From an uncultured Acidobacteriota bacterium (GTDB taxonomy: Bacteria; Acidobacteriota; UBA6911; RPQK01; JAPXNP01): a stretch of 46,855 nucleotides of DNA. The notes beneath the pieces are model-generated. The model searched no databases. It saw nothing but the letters and a program-made list of their open reading frames with translations, and was not told the origin of the DNA. How positions within the stretch are numbered: the first letter of the stretch is position 1; each line of letters starts with the position of its first letter. The position numbers and the translations under genes were made by a program. The DNA lies in contig CAVZRV010000050.1 of assembly GCA_963777605.1 (NCBI GenBank), positions 1-46,855 of the forward strand, written 5' to 3'. Below are positions 1 through 16,180 of this stretch, piece after piece.

Positions 1-2
1 CG

Positions 3-3098
<3,096 letters not shown>

Positions 3099-3131
3099 AG
3101 AATTCCCGACCGGGAGCAAGGAGTCTAGGGA

Positions 3132-7313
<4,182 letters not shown>

Positions 7314-7343
7314 TAACCCTGGTCGCGAACCATTGAATCACTT

Positions 7344-7369
7344 AAGAGGGGGCCTTGAGGCCCCCTCTT
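7344..7369. terminator. Hairpin 1 downstream of rpoC
   Basis: Perfect 11-bp stem AAGAGGGGGCC-TTGA-GGCCCCCTCTT followed by a pyrimidine-rich tail. Confidence 0.7.
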
Positions 7370-7403
7370 CTCGTTTTGGGGGTTTTCGCCTGTCGTCGGA
7401 AGA

Positions 7404-7435
7404 CAAAAAAAGGGGCCTTGAGGCCCCTTTTTTTG
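7404..7435. terminator. Bidirectional intrinsic terminator between convergent rpoC and pilin
   Basis: CAAAAAAAGGGGCC-TTGA-GGCCCCTTTTTTTG: GC stem flanked by A7 and T7. Confidence 0.9.
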
Positions 7436-7456
7436 ATGAGAATCGTGTTGTCTGGA

Positions 7457-7897
7457 CTAGGCCGCCGGCGTGCCGCCAAGCGGAGTGCTCCCGACTCCGG
7501 CAGCTGCTCCTGGGGCGAACCGAATCACGCAGCTATGATCCACGAAGAACCACCTCATCTGGGCGGCGTTCGGGCTGGTCGGCGTGGCGTTGATCGAGAA
7601 GCTCGTGGCATCGTTAGCCATGACGAAGTTGTAGCCGTCCTTGGAACCGGCAGCGAGCGCCTCGTCGATCAGACCGGCGGTCCTCAACTGCGCCAGCGTA
7701 CCGAATTGACCGTTCCCGGTGGTCGCCGAGTAGGTGATCTGAGCCGTTGCCAGCGTCCTCAGGGTGGAGATGGCCGACGCCTCCTGAGCCGCATCCCTGG
7801 ACCGGATCAGGTTGGGCACCGCGATCGCGGCGATGATGCCGATGACCGCGACGACGATCAAAAGTTCAATGAGTGAGAAACCTTGTTGCTTTTTCAT
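7457..7897 (-). CDS. pilA: Type IV (major-like) prepilin with N-methyl-Phe cleavage site
   Basis: MKKQQG^FSLIELLIVVAVIGIIAAIAVP class III signal with E5; 146 aa; last gene after pilB-pilT-pilC. Confidence 0.85.
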   Translation of the reverse strand: MKKQQGFSLIELLIVVAVIGIIAAIAVPNLIRSRDAAQEASAISTLRTLATAQITYSATTGNGQFGTLAQLRTAGLIDEALAAGSKDGYNFVMANDATSFSINATPTSPNAAQMRWFFVDHSCVIRFAPGAAAGVGSTPLGGTPAA

Positions 7898-8079
7898 TCT
7901 GGACCCCTTTCCTTTATTGAAAACTTCTGGAACTCAAAATCAATTTCATTGTCAATTTCATGCTGTCCAGTGAACTATAAGAAAACTCGCCCGTGACGCT
8001 GGTGATTGCCGTCACACGATCCGTCCTATTTCTCAAGTCTTGATTCTGTAACGGGTTTGCCATGGTTATCAGGTGTTCC

Positions 8080-9288
8080 CTAGGATCCCGACAGGTGGCG
8101 GATCAGGCTGAAAATGGGCATGTACATGGAGATGACGATGCCGCCGATGACCACCCCGAGGAAGACGATCATGACTGGTTCGATCAGGGTCATGAGGTTG
8201 GCAATCGCGGCGTCCGATTCCTCCTCGTAGTAGGCCGCCAGCTTTTCGAGCATCTGGTCCAATTCACCGGTTTGTTCACCGACGTTGACGATCTGGGTCA
8301 CCATAGCTGGAAAGACCTTGGCCTTTCTGAGCGGTTCCACGATGGTCTTGCCCTCGGCAACCTCTTTCCTGACCTGGAGGAGGATCTTCTCCAACAGGCT
8401 GTTGCCGGCCGTGTTGGCGGTGATCTCCAGTGCATCGAGCAGGGGGATGCCGCTGGTGAGGAGCGTGGAGAGAGTCAGTGAGAAGCGGGCGATAGCCAGC
8501 TTCTTCAGAACAATCCCCAGGATTGGCAACCGCAGGATCAGGGAGTCTACAAGCAGTTTGCCTTGAGGTGTTGCGTAGTAGTACCTGAATCCCACCCCCG
8601 AAAGGATGGACAGGATAATAATCGGAATTGAGAAAGTCACGGTGTAGCTGCTGACCGCCATGACGAACCGGGTCGGGGCGGGCAACGGTGCGTTGAGTCC
8701 CTCGAACAGGGACGCAAATACCGGCACGACCCAGACCATGATGATGAACACGATGACGGTTGCGACGAAGAAGACGATGGTGGGGTAGACCGCCGCCGAG
8801 ATGACGGAGCGCTTGAGCCTGACTTCTTTCTCGATGAAGGTGCAAAGTCGTTGCAAGATGACGTCGAGAACGCCGCCGGCCTCTCCTGCACTGATCATGT
8901 TGACGAAAAGGTTGCTGAACGCCTTGGGGTGCCGCTTCATGGCGTCCGACAACGTCATACCCGCCTCGACGTCCTCGCGAACCTGGTGGAGGATCTTTTT
9001 GAATGCAAGGCTTTCCTGCTGGTCGGCGAGGAGTTCAATGCACTGGATCAGCGGGAGGCCGGCGTCGAGCATGACCGAAAACTGCTTGGTAAAGAGCGCC
9101 AGGTCCTTGGACTTTACCCGACCAACGCGCTTGGTTTTAAGGGCCTCGCGCTTTTGGTCGATCTGGACGGGGAGAACATTCTCGTTCCTGAGGATCGCAG
9201 CCAGCGCTTGCCGCGAGGCCGCAACCCTCTCCCCTGAGATCACCGCGCCGCCTTCGTATTGTCGCCCGGTAAACTGAAATAGAGGCAT
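8080..9288 (-). CDS. pilC: Type IV pilus inner-membrane platform protein (T2SS F family)
   Basis: FTKQFSVMLDAGLPL, AGEAGGVLD, VGEQTGELDQML; two GspF repeats; 402 aa. Confidence 0.96.
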   Translation of the reverse strand: MPLFQFTGRQYEGGAVISGERVAASRQALAAILRNENVLPVQIDQKREALKTKRVGRVKSKDLALFTKQFSVMLDAGLPLIQCIELLADQQESLAFKKILHQVREDVEAGMTLSDAMKRHPKAFSNLFVNMISAGEAGGVLDVILQRLCTFIEKEVRLKRSVISAAVYPTIVFFVATVIVFIIMVWVVPVFASLFEGLNAPLPAPTRFVMAVSSYTVTFSIPIIILSILSGVGFRYYYATPQGKLLVDSLILRLPILGIVLKKLAIARFSLTLSTLLTSGIPLLDALEITANTAGNSLLEKILLQVRKEVAEGKTIVEPLRKAKVFPAMVTQIVNVGEQTGELDQMLEKLAAYYEEESDAAIANLMTLIEPVMIVFLGVVIGGIVISMYMPIFSLIRHLSGS

Positions 9289-9302
9289 TGCTCAAACTCC
9301 TT

Positions 9303-10406
9303 CTAGTAGGCGCGGGTCGCCCCCGGCATTCCGGAGCGACCCAGCATTTTCTGAAGCTCTTCCACGTTCGACGAGGTCGCCAAGGCGATCTCGTAGGTCA
9401 CCTTCTTCTCCTGGTACAGGCGGGCGAGACTCTGGTTCATGGTGTGCATTCCGAACTTGTCCTGTCCGGCCTGCATCGTCGAGTAGATCTGGTGGACCTT
9501 GTTTTCTCGGATCAGGTTTCGAATAGCCGGATTTGGCAGCAGGATCTCGGTCGCCGCCACCCGCCCGTTTCCGTCGGCCCGGGGAAGGAGGCTCTGGCAG
9601 ACGATGCCCTCGAGAACGAGGGAAAGCTGGGCCCGGATCTGCTGCTGCTGGTGAGGTGGAAAAGAATCGACCACGCGGTTGATCGTCGCGTAGGCCGAGT
9701 TGGTGTGCAGGGTTGCAAAGGTCAAGTGCCCGGTCTCCGCGATTCGGAGGGCGGCCTCGATGGTCTCGAGGTCCCGCATTTCACCGATCAGGACGACGTC
9801 GGGGTCTTCGCGGAGGACCATGCGCAGCGCCGAAGTGAAGGAACCGGTGTCGGACTTCACCTCCCTCTGGTTGATCAGGGCAGTTTTGTGCTTGTGGAGG
9901 AACTCGATCGGATCCTCGATCGTCAGGATGTGATGGTTGCGCTCCCGATTGATCTTGTCGATCATGGCAGCCAGGGTGGTCGATTTCCCACTCCCGGTCG
10001 GCCCGGTAACCAGGACGAGCCCGCGGGGCTTCTCCGTCAGGGCCTCCAGGATCGCAGGGAGTCGGAGTTCCTGGATCGATTTGATCTCAATCGGGATCAG
10101 GCGGAATACTCCGGCCGCCGAACTGCGTTGAGTGAAGATGTTGGCCCTGAACCGGGCCATGTCTTTGATCCCGAAACTGAAGTCCAGTTCGAGGCTCTCC
10201 TCGAACCGGTGCTTCTGCTGGTCGGTCATGACGCTGTAGACGAGCTTTTTGGTCTCGTCGTGAGAAAGTGGCGGGTAGCTCATCGGCAGCAGGTCGCCGT
10301 GAAGGCGGATCCTCGGCGGGGATCCCGCCGTCACGTGTAGATCGCTGCCGCCCAGTTCGACGACCTTCCGCAACAAGTCGGTGATAGAGTACGGTAGTTC
10401 GCTCAT
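9303..10406 (-). CDS. pilT: Type IV pilus retraction ATPase
   Basis: Walker A GPTGSGKSTT, TIEDPIEF, LREDPDVVLIGEMRD, AETGHL and the PilT signature AIRNLIRE. Confidence 0.97.
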   Translation of the reverse strand: MSELPYSITDLLRKVVELGGSDLHVTAGSPPRIRLHGDLLPMSYPPLSHDETKKLVYSVMTDQQKHRFEESLELDFSFGIKDMARFRANIFTQRSSAAGVFRLIPIEIKSIQELRLPAILEALTEKPRGLVLVTGPTGSGKSTTLAAMIDKINRERNHHILTIEDPIEFLHKHKTALINQREVKSDTGSFTSALRMVLREDPDVVLIGEMRDLETIEAALRIAETGHLTFATLHTNSAYATINRVVDSFPPHQQQQIRAQLSLVLEGIVCQSLLPRADGNGRVAATEILLPNPAIRNLIRENKVHQIYSTMQAGQDKFGMHTMNQSLARLYQEKKVTYEIALATSSNVEELQKMLGRSGMPGATRAY

Positions 10407-10608
10407 GTCTTGTTTATCGTAGAGGTTGGGCGTTTGCTTTATCGGTTATCCCTGTCACAAAACCCCTGCTTCCCTCGCCCTTCAATAAATAAAACGTTCG
10501 AAAGTCAGAAATTGCGAGCTGGTGGGGTGTCGGGTGTGGACAGGGCCCGGTCTTCCGGACGGATAAGCACTTCCGAATCTCTGCACGGGGCGCCGACCGG
10601 TCGCCCGA

Positions 10609-12330
10609 TTACTGGAGGAGAGCGGTTTCGCGCATCACCTCGTCGACCGTGGTGATGCCTTTGGCGATCTTTGTCAGGCCGACTTCGCGGAGCGTGAGCA
10701 TCCCATGAAGGCGGGCGGCCCGGCGCAGTTCGTTGGGCGTAGCCTGGGACAAAATCAGGTCCTGGATCTTGCTGGTGATTTCCATGACCTCGAAGAGCCC
10801 GGTCCGCCCCTTGTAACCGGTCCCGTTGCAGGTGGGGCAGCCGGCTCCGCGGTAGGTGCGAACCCGGTGAAGTTCTGACTCGGGCACTCCCAGGCTGAGC
10901 AATGCCTCGGTCTGGCTGTCGATCTCCTCGCGACATTTTGTGCAGATCATGCGAACCAGTCGCTGGGCGCAGATGAGGCTCACAGCGCTGGCGGCGAGGA
11001 ACGGTTCGATCCCCATGTTGAGCATTCGGCTGACGGTGGAAGGAGCATCGTTGGTATGCAGCGTGCTCAGCACGAGGTGTCCGGTGAGCGCGGCCTTGAC
11101 GGCGATTTCGGCGGTCTCGAGGTCGCGGATCTCGCCGACCATGATGATATTGGGATCCTGGCGAAGGAAGGCACGAAGGCTCCCGGCAAAGGTCCGGCCG
11201 ACGGTCTCATTGATGTGAACCTGGTTGATTCCCGGAAAGTTGAACTCGACCGGGTCTTCAGCCGTCATGATATTCACTTCTTCGGTGTTGAGCCGGTTCA
11301 GGCAGGTGTAAAGGGTGCTGGTTTTGCCGCTACCGGTCGGCCCGGTGACCAGGACCATACCGTAGGGACGGAGGATCGCCCGCCGAAGCTGTTCCAGCGA
11401 CTCTCCCTCGAAGCCGAGCTTGCTCATGTCACGGGGAAGATTATCCGGGTCGAGGAGTCGGAGAACGACCTTCTCGCCGAAGAGGGTCGGAAGCGTAGAA
11501 ACGCGGAAGTCGATCTTCTTCTTGTGGTCTCCCTTGGCGATCGCAATCTTGATCCGACCGTCCTGGGGAAGCCGGCGCTCGCTGATGTCGAGATTCGCCA
11601 TGATCTTGAGCCGCGAGACGACCGCGTCACGAAGCCGGAGCGGAGGACGCATGTTGGTGTAGAGAACCCCGTCGATGCGGAAGCGGATTCGGAACTCTCC
11701 CTCGTACGGCTCGAGGTGGATGTCGCTGACGCCCTTTCGAATCGCGTCCGCGAGAATGATGTTGACCAGCTTAATGATCGGCGCCTCTGAGCTGGTCTTC
11801 TCCAGTTCGGCAATGTCGACCTTCTGCTTGTCGGACAGGTCGAGTTCGTATTCCTCTCCGCCGGCGACGATTTCGTCGTAGACCTTCTGCAACTCGATAG
11901 AATGGAAGTCGCCGAAAAGGCGTTCTATAGCACTCTTTACGGCCGATTCAGGCGCGACGACCGGGTCGACGCGGAACCCCGTCATGAACTTGATTTCGTC
12001 GAGGATCATGACGTCGGTCGGATCGGCGACGGCGACAGTGAGCGTGTTGCCCACCTTCTTCAGGGGCAGAACCTGGTACCGGATGGCAGTTTCCATCGGG
12101 ATCAGATTTAGACACTGCTGGTCGATCTCGATCTCGCCGAGGTTGACGGGCGGAAGTCCGTAATGTTCGCTGAGAGCGTTGGCGATGACGGTGTCGGAGA
12201 CGAATCCCAGGCCGATCAGGACGGTCCCCAGGCGTCCCCCCTTATCCTGCTGAACCTTGAGGGCGTTTTGCAGCTGATCTCCGGTAATGAATCCCTTCTT
12301 GATCAGGATCTCGCCCAGGCGGCTAGACAT
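10609..12330 (-). CDS. pilB: Type IV pilus assembly ATPase with N-terminal MshEN domain
   Basis: GPTGSGKT, TAEDPVE, LRQDPNIIMVGEIRD, tetracysteine CTKC...CPTC; N-terminal RLGEILIKKG. Confidence 0.96.
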   Translation of the reverse strand: MSSRLGEILIKKGFITGDQLQNALKVQQDKGGRLGTVLIGLGFVSDTVIANALSEHYGLPPVNLGEIEIDQQCLNLIPMETAIRYQVLPLKKVGNTLTVAVADPTDVMILDEIKFMTGFRVDPVVAPESAVKSAIERLFGDFHSIELQKVYDEIVAGGEEYELDLSDKQKVDIAELEKTSSEAPIIKLVNIILADAIRKGVSDIHLEPYEGEFRIRFRIDGVLYTNMRPPLRLRDAVVSRLKIMANLDISERRLPQDGRIKIAIAKGDHKKKIDFRVSTLPTLFGEKVVLRLLDPDNLPRDMSKLGFEGESLEQLRRAILRPYGMVLVTGPTGSGKTSTLYTCLNRLNTEEVNIMTAEDPVEFNFPGINQVHINETVGRTFAGSLRAFLRQDPNIIMVGEIRDLETAEIAVKAALTGHLVLSTLHTNDAPSTVSRMLNMGIEPFLAASAVSLICAQRLVRMICTKCREEIDSQTEALLSLGVPESELHRVRTYRGAGCPTCNGTGYKGRTGLFEVMEITSKIQDLILSQATPNELRRAARLHGMLTLREVGLTKIAKGITTVDEVMRETALLQ

Positions 12331-13187
12331 AAATCGAGTCCCACAAAAGCGAACAGAATTATACTAATGGCGCCGTTGATTCCGAAAAAGGCCGCGTCGA
12401 CCCTGCTTAAATCGCCCGGCTTGACCAGGAGATGCTCGTAGACCAGGGCAATTACCACGAGCGCCAGCCCCACCCAACTCAGAACCCCGAGCGATGCGTC
12501 GATAAACACCCAGGCCAGCAGCACGAGCATGACCAGGTGGAAAAGCGCCGAGATCACCAGTGCCCACCCGATTCCAAGGCGTGCGGGAATGGAATGCAGG
12601 GCCTGGGTAAGATCGAAATTGACATCCTGGCAGGCGTAGATGATGTCAAAACCCGCCACCCAAAACAGGACGGCTCCGGCAAGAACGAACGGCTCCACCG
12701 AGATTCGGCCGGTGACCGCGATCCAACCCCCCACCGGGGCAATTCCGAGGGAAAGTCCAAGGAAGACATGTGACAAGGATGTAAACCGTTTCGTGTAGCT
12801 GTAAAGCAGGACGATCCCGAGCGCAACCGGTGAGAGCGCAAAAGCCAGGGGATTAAGCTGGTAGGCGGCAAACAGGAAGATCGCTCCACTCAAAAGGGTA
12901 AACGCCGCTACGAAGTTGCCGGAAACGAGTCCCCTGGGGAGCGCTCGTTGCCGGGTTCGGGGGTTTTGGGCGTCAAACTGCCAGTCTGCCAGTCGGTTAA
13001 AAGCCATTGCCGCACTCCGGGCACCTATCATCGCAACCAGGATCCAAAGGGTTGCCCACCAACCAGGAAAACCCCGCGTAGCCAGGAACGCACCTAAATA
13101 GGCAAAGGGAAGCGCAAAAACCGTATGTTCAAACTTGATCATCTCAAGGACGATCAAGAGTCTACCTGTCACCGTTGCTCCGGGCAT
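12303..13187 (-). CDS. mqnP: UbiA-family prenyltransferase, MqnP-like (futalosine menaquinone pathway)
   Basis: IKFEHTVFALPFA, ARSAAMAFNRLAD...DAQNPRT, YSYTKRF, GFDIIYACQD; multiple TM helices. Confidence 0.85.
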   Translation of the reverse strand: MPGATVTGRLLIVLEMIKFEHTVFALPFAYLGAFLATRGFPGWWATLWILVAMIGARSAAMAFNRLADWQFDAQNPRTRQRALPRGLVSGNFVAAFTLLSGAIFLFAAYQLNPLAFALSPVALGIVLLYSYTKRFTSLSHVFLGLSLGIAPVGGWIAVTGRISVEPFVLAGAVLFWVAGFDIIYACQDVNFDLTQALHSIPARLGIGWALVISALFHLVMLVLLAWVFIDASLGVLSWVGLALVVIALVYEHLLVKPGDLSRVDAAFFGINGAISIILFAFVGLDLCLAAWARS

Positions 13188-13199
13188 TTGAGCCTGCCG

Positions 13200-13208
13200 A
13201 TTATAGCA
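13200..13208 (-). promoter_or_regulatory. Extended -10 sigma70 promoter for the mqnP-pil operon
   Basis: Minus strand reads TGCTATAAT, ending 13 nt before the ATG at 13187. Confidence 0.6.
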
Positions 13209-13399
13209 CGCTCGTTTTCCCTTTCCCCCTCTGTGCCTTCCTCCCTTACTCTATCGGCGAATCCCGCGATAATGTTACGCCACGCTCACCGAAACGTTCC
13301 AGTCCATTGCCGGGGAGGACCCCGCCCAGGTGAGTTGGCACGCCAAGCGGGCAGTCCCGGCCTCCTGCCCCTGCTTACTCGCTGAAAAACAGGGGCTTC

Positions 13400-13408
13400 T
13401 GGTATTCT
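13400..13408 (+). promoter_or_regulatory. Extended -10 promoter, probably leaderless, for hydantoinase B
   Basis: TGGTATTCT ends 8 nt before ATG 13416; no SD sequence between them. Confidence 0.45.
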
Positions 13409-13415
13409 AAACGCT

Positions 13416-15008
13416 ATGTCGCAAGTTCATCCGATCGAACTCGAGATTTACCGAAATCTTTTTGCCTCTATCGCCGAGGAAATGGGCACGGTCCTGAACC
13501 GTACCGCCTATTCACCCAACATCAAGGAAAGACGTGATTACTCCTGCGCCGTCTTCGACGGAAACGGAGACGTCCTCGCGATGGGGGACCACATGCCGGT
13601 CCACCTGGGGTCGATGCCGCTGTCCGTCCGGACGGTCCTGGAGCGATTCAGCCCGTTTCCGGGCGACGTTGTGATTCTGAACGATCCTTTTGCAGGTGGA
13701 ACGCACCTGCCGGATATCACGCTGGTCGCTCCTGTCTTCGTCCCCAGTGCCGATTCCGACCGGCCCATGTTCTACGTTGCGGCGCGGGCCCATCATTCCG
13801 ATGTCGGGGGAATGTCCCCCGGTTCGATGCCGCTCAGCCAGGAGATCTACCAGGAAGGTGTCCGGATACCGCCGCTGAAGCTCTACTCCCGGGGCAAGCT
13901 GGATCGGAGCCTTCTCCAGTTGCTGCTCTTCAACGTTCGGACCCCGCTCGAAAGGGAGGGCGACCTCGCGGCCCAGGTTGGATCTCTCAGGGTGGGGGAA
14001 CGGAGACTTCTGGAACTTGTCGAGCGAAACGGCGCCCAGGAAGTCGATGCCTGCATGCGTGGCCTGCACGAATATGCCGAGGCGATCATGCGGAAGGTCA
14101 TCTCGGCCATCCCGGACGGGACCTACCGTGCCGACGACTACCTCGATGATGACGGATTCGAAACTTCGGCCCGTGGCGGGTCGGTACGGATTCGGGTGGG
14201 CCTGGAAGTGAACGGCGACACGATGAAGGTCGACTTTACCGGATCTGATCCTCAGGTTCGGGGTTGTCTTAACGCGGTGTACGCGATCACGGTATCGGCC
14301 GTCTGCTACGTGCTGCGCTGCCTCGCTCCCGGGGAGGTGCCGATCAGTGCCGGGCTCGAAAAAGTGGTTCAACTCGTTGTGCCCGAGGGGACGGTGATCA
14401 ATGCCCGATTTCCGGCCGCCACCGCCGGGGGCAATGTGGAAACATCGCAGCGCATCGTGGACGTGCTCCTGAAGGCCCTGTCCCAGGCTCTTCCCGACCG
14501 GATTCCGGCGGCCAGCAGCGGCACGATGAACAATATCTCGATTGGTGGCGTCAATCCCCGGACCGGTCAGCCTTTCTCCTACTACGAAACGATCGGCGGC
14601 GGGATGGGGGCGGGCCCTGACGGACCCGGCGACAATGGCATCCACACCCACATGACCAACTCGCTGAACACTCCGATCGAGGCGCTGGAGCGGTACTACC
14701 CGATCCGGGTGCGCGAATATCGGATCCGCCGGCGATCGGGCGGTCGTGGTCGGAACCGGGGCGGTGACGGGATCTGGCGAACCCTGGAAGCACTGGCCGA
14801 CTGCCAGTTCACGATTCTCTCCGAGCGGAGGAAGTATGCCCCTTACGGCCTTGCGGGAGGCGGCAGTGGGAAGAAGGGGGTCAACACGATCCACCTGAAT
14901 GAAGGGCCGAACAAGCGTCTGCGGGGAAAGGACACCCTGACCCTGGTTCCCGGGGACGTCGTGACCATCGAAACACCTGGTGGCGGAGGTTGGGGCAGAG
15001 GACGGTGA
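13416..15008 (+). CDS. Hydantoinase B / 5-oxoprolinase family protein
   Basis: TAYSPNIKERRDYSCA, HMPVHLGSM, NDPFAGGTHLPD, RAHHSDVGG, HTHMTNSLNTPIE, C-terminal TPGGGGWG. Confidence 0.93.
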   Translation: MSQVHPIELEIYRNLFASIAEEMGTVLNRTAYSPNIKERRDYSCAVFDGNGDVLAMGDHMPVHLGSMPLSVRTVLERFSPFPGDVVILNDPFAGGTHLPDITLVAPVFVPSADSDRPMFYVAARAHHSDVGGMSPGSMPLSQEIYQEGVRIPPLKLYSRGKLDRSLLQLLLFNVRTPLEREGDLAAQVGSLRVGERRLLELVERNGAQEVDACMRGLHEYAEAIMRKVISAIPDGTYRADDYLDDDGFETSARGGSVRIRVGLEVNGDTMKVDFTGSDPQVRGCLNAVYAITVSAVCYVLRCLAPGEVPISAGLEKVVQLVVPEGTVINARFPAATAGGNVETSQRIVDVLLKALSQALPDRIPAASSGTMNNISIGGVNPRTGQPFSYYETIGGGMGAGPDGPGDNGIHTHMTNSLNTPIEALERYYPIRVREYRIRRRSGGRGRNRGGDGIWRTLEALADCQFTILSERRKYAPYGLAGGGSGKKGVNTIHLNEGPNKRLRGKDTLTLVPGDVVTIETPGGGGWGRGR

Positions 15009-15033
15009 CGGGAAGCCGGTCGGGGTTCAGCGG

Positions 15034-16176
15034 ATGAGCATGGCAACGCCCTCCTGTCCGAGAATCGAGGCCGTCATTCTCAGGGAGATCCAGCTCCCGT
15101 TCGTAGACTTTTTCGAGACCAGCTTCGGCAGGGTTTACGACAAGGAAGTGGCTCTCGTCGAGGTGCGCGCAGGCGGGATCAGCGGTTGGGGTGAGTGCGC
15201 CGCGGCAGAGGCGCCCTTCTTCAGCTACGAGGACCACGTCACTGCGTGGCACTTGCTCTCCAATTTCCTGGTGCCGTTGCTGCTGGAAATGGACCCGGTC
15301 TCGCCTGAACTGCTGCGGCGGAAGACTCGCAGAATTCGTGGGCATCCCATGGCAAAGGCGGCACTGGAGTCCGCGCTCTGGGACCTGGCCGCTCGGTTGG
15401 CGGGCATTCCTCTCTGGCGGATGATTGGGGGCGTGCGGAGTGAAATCCCTTGCGGCGTGTCCATTGGAATCCAGGATTCGCATGAGCAGCTAGTCGAGAA
15501 GATTGCTCGCGAGATCCAAGCCGGATACCGTCGAATCAAGATCAAGGTCCGGCCGGGTTGGGACATCGATGTCCTGGATCGAGTCCGGTCGGAGTTTTCC
15601 TCGGTTCCGCTCATGGTGGATGCCAACGCCGCCTATGAACTCTCCGACGCGGACCACCTTGCCGAGTTTGATCGGTATGGCCTCATGATGATCGAGCAGC
15701 CGCTGGCTCACGACGACATCCTCGAACATGGCCGCCTGGCGGGGCGTCTGGCCACTCCGATCTGTCTCGACGAGTCGATCGGGCAGGCGCGGGATGCCGC
15801 ACTGGCGCTGGAACTCAAGGCGTGCTCAATTGTGAACATCAAGCAGGGCCGAGTCGGCGGGCTCCTCGAAGCGATCGCCGTTCACGACCTGTGTTCCGAG
15901 CGGGAAATTCCGGTCTGGTGTGGTGGAATGCTGGAAACCGGCATCGGAAGAGCCCACAACGTTGCGCTTTCAACGCTGCCGGGGTTCGTACTGCCGGGTG
16001 ACGTGTCGGCGAGTTCCCGCTACTTTGGACGGGATGTTATCGAGCCTTCGGTCGAAGTCATCGACGGCCTGATTACAGCACCCGAGTCCCCCGGAATCGG
16101 GTACAGTCCCAACGTCCCCTGGATTGAAGAGATTACGGTGAGGAAAGAGGTCTTTTCCCGCGGAGAGGCCAGGTGA
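15034..16176 (+). CDS. menC: o-succinylbenzoate synthase / N-succinylamino acid racemase (NSAR/OSBS, enolase superfamily)
   Basis: KIK catalytic motif, DAN, EQP, DES, NIKQGRVGG, WCGGMLETGIGRA, LPGDVSASSRY. Start is more likely ATG 15034 or 15040 than 14980, which overlaps the previous gene. Confidence 0.85.
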   Translation: MSMATPSCPRIEAVILREIQLPFVDFFETSFGRVYDKEVALVEVRAGGISGWGECAAAEAPFFSYEDHVTAWHLLSNFLVPLLLEMDPVSPELLRRKTRRIRGHPMAKAALESALWDLAARLAGIPLWRMIGGVRSEIPCGVSIGIQDSHEQLVEKIAREIQAGYRRIKIKVRPGWDIDVLDRVRSEFSSVPLMVDANAAYELSDADHLAEFDRYGLMMIEQPLAHDDILEHGRLAGRLATPICLDESIGQARDAALALELKACSIVNIKQGRVGGLLEAIAVHDLCSEREIPVWCGGMLETGIGRAHNVALSTLPGFVLPGDVSASSRYFGRDVIEPSVEVIDGLITAPESPGIGYSPNVPWIEEITVRKEVFSRGEAR

Positions 16177-16180
16177 ACCC

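Noticed and set aside
7457-7897. Electrically conductive (e-pilin) interpretation, prompted by the linked quinone gene
   Set aside because: Full-length pilin of about 140 mature residues with L24 and S27 rather than aromatic residues, and modest aromatic content.
8047-8062. Sigma54 promoter for the pilin (minus strand TGGCAAACCCGTTACA)
   Set aside because: The -12 element is AC, not GC, and it lies upstream of the candidate activator palindrome.
10407-10608. CGATAA repeats upstream of pilT as a sigma28 promoter
   Set aside because: No TAAA -35 element at the right spacing.
13336-13352. TGGCACG sigma54-like box before hydantoinase B
   Set aside because: GG-N10 is followed by GG, not GC.
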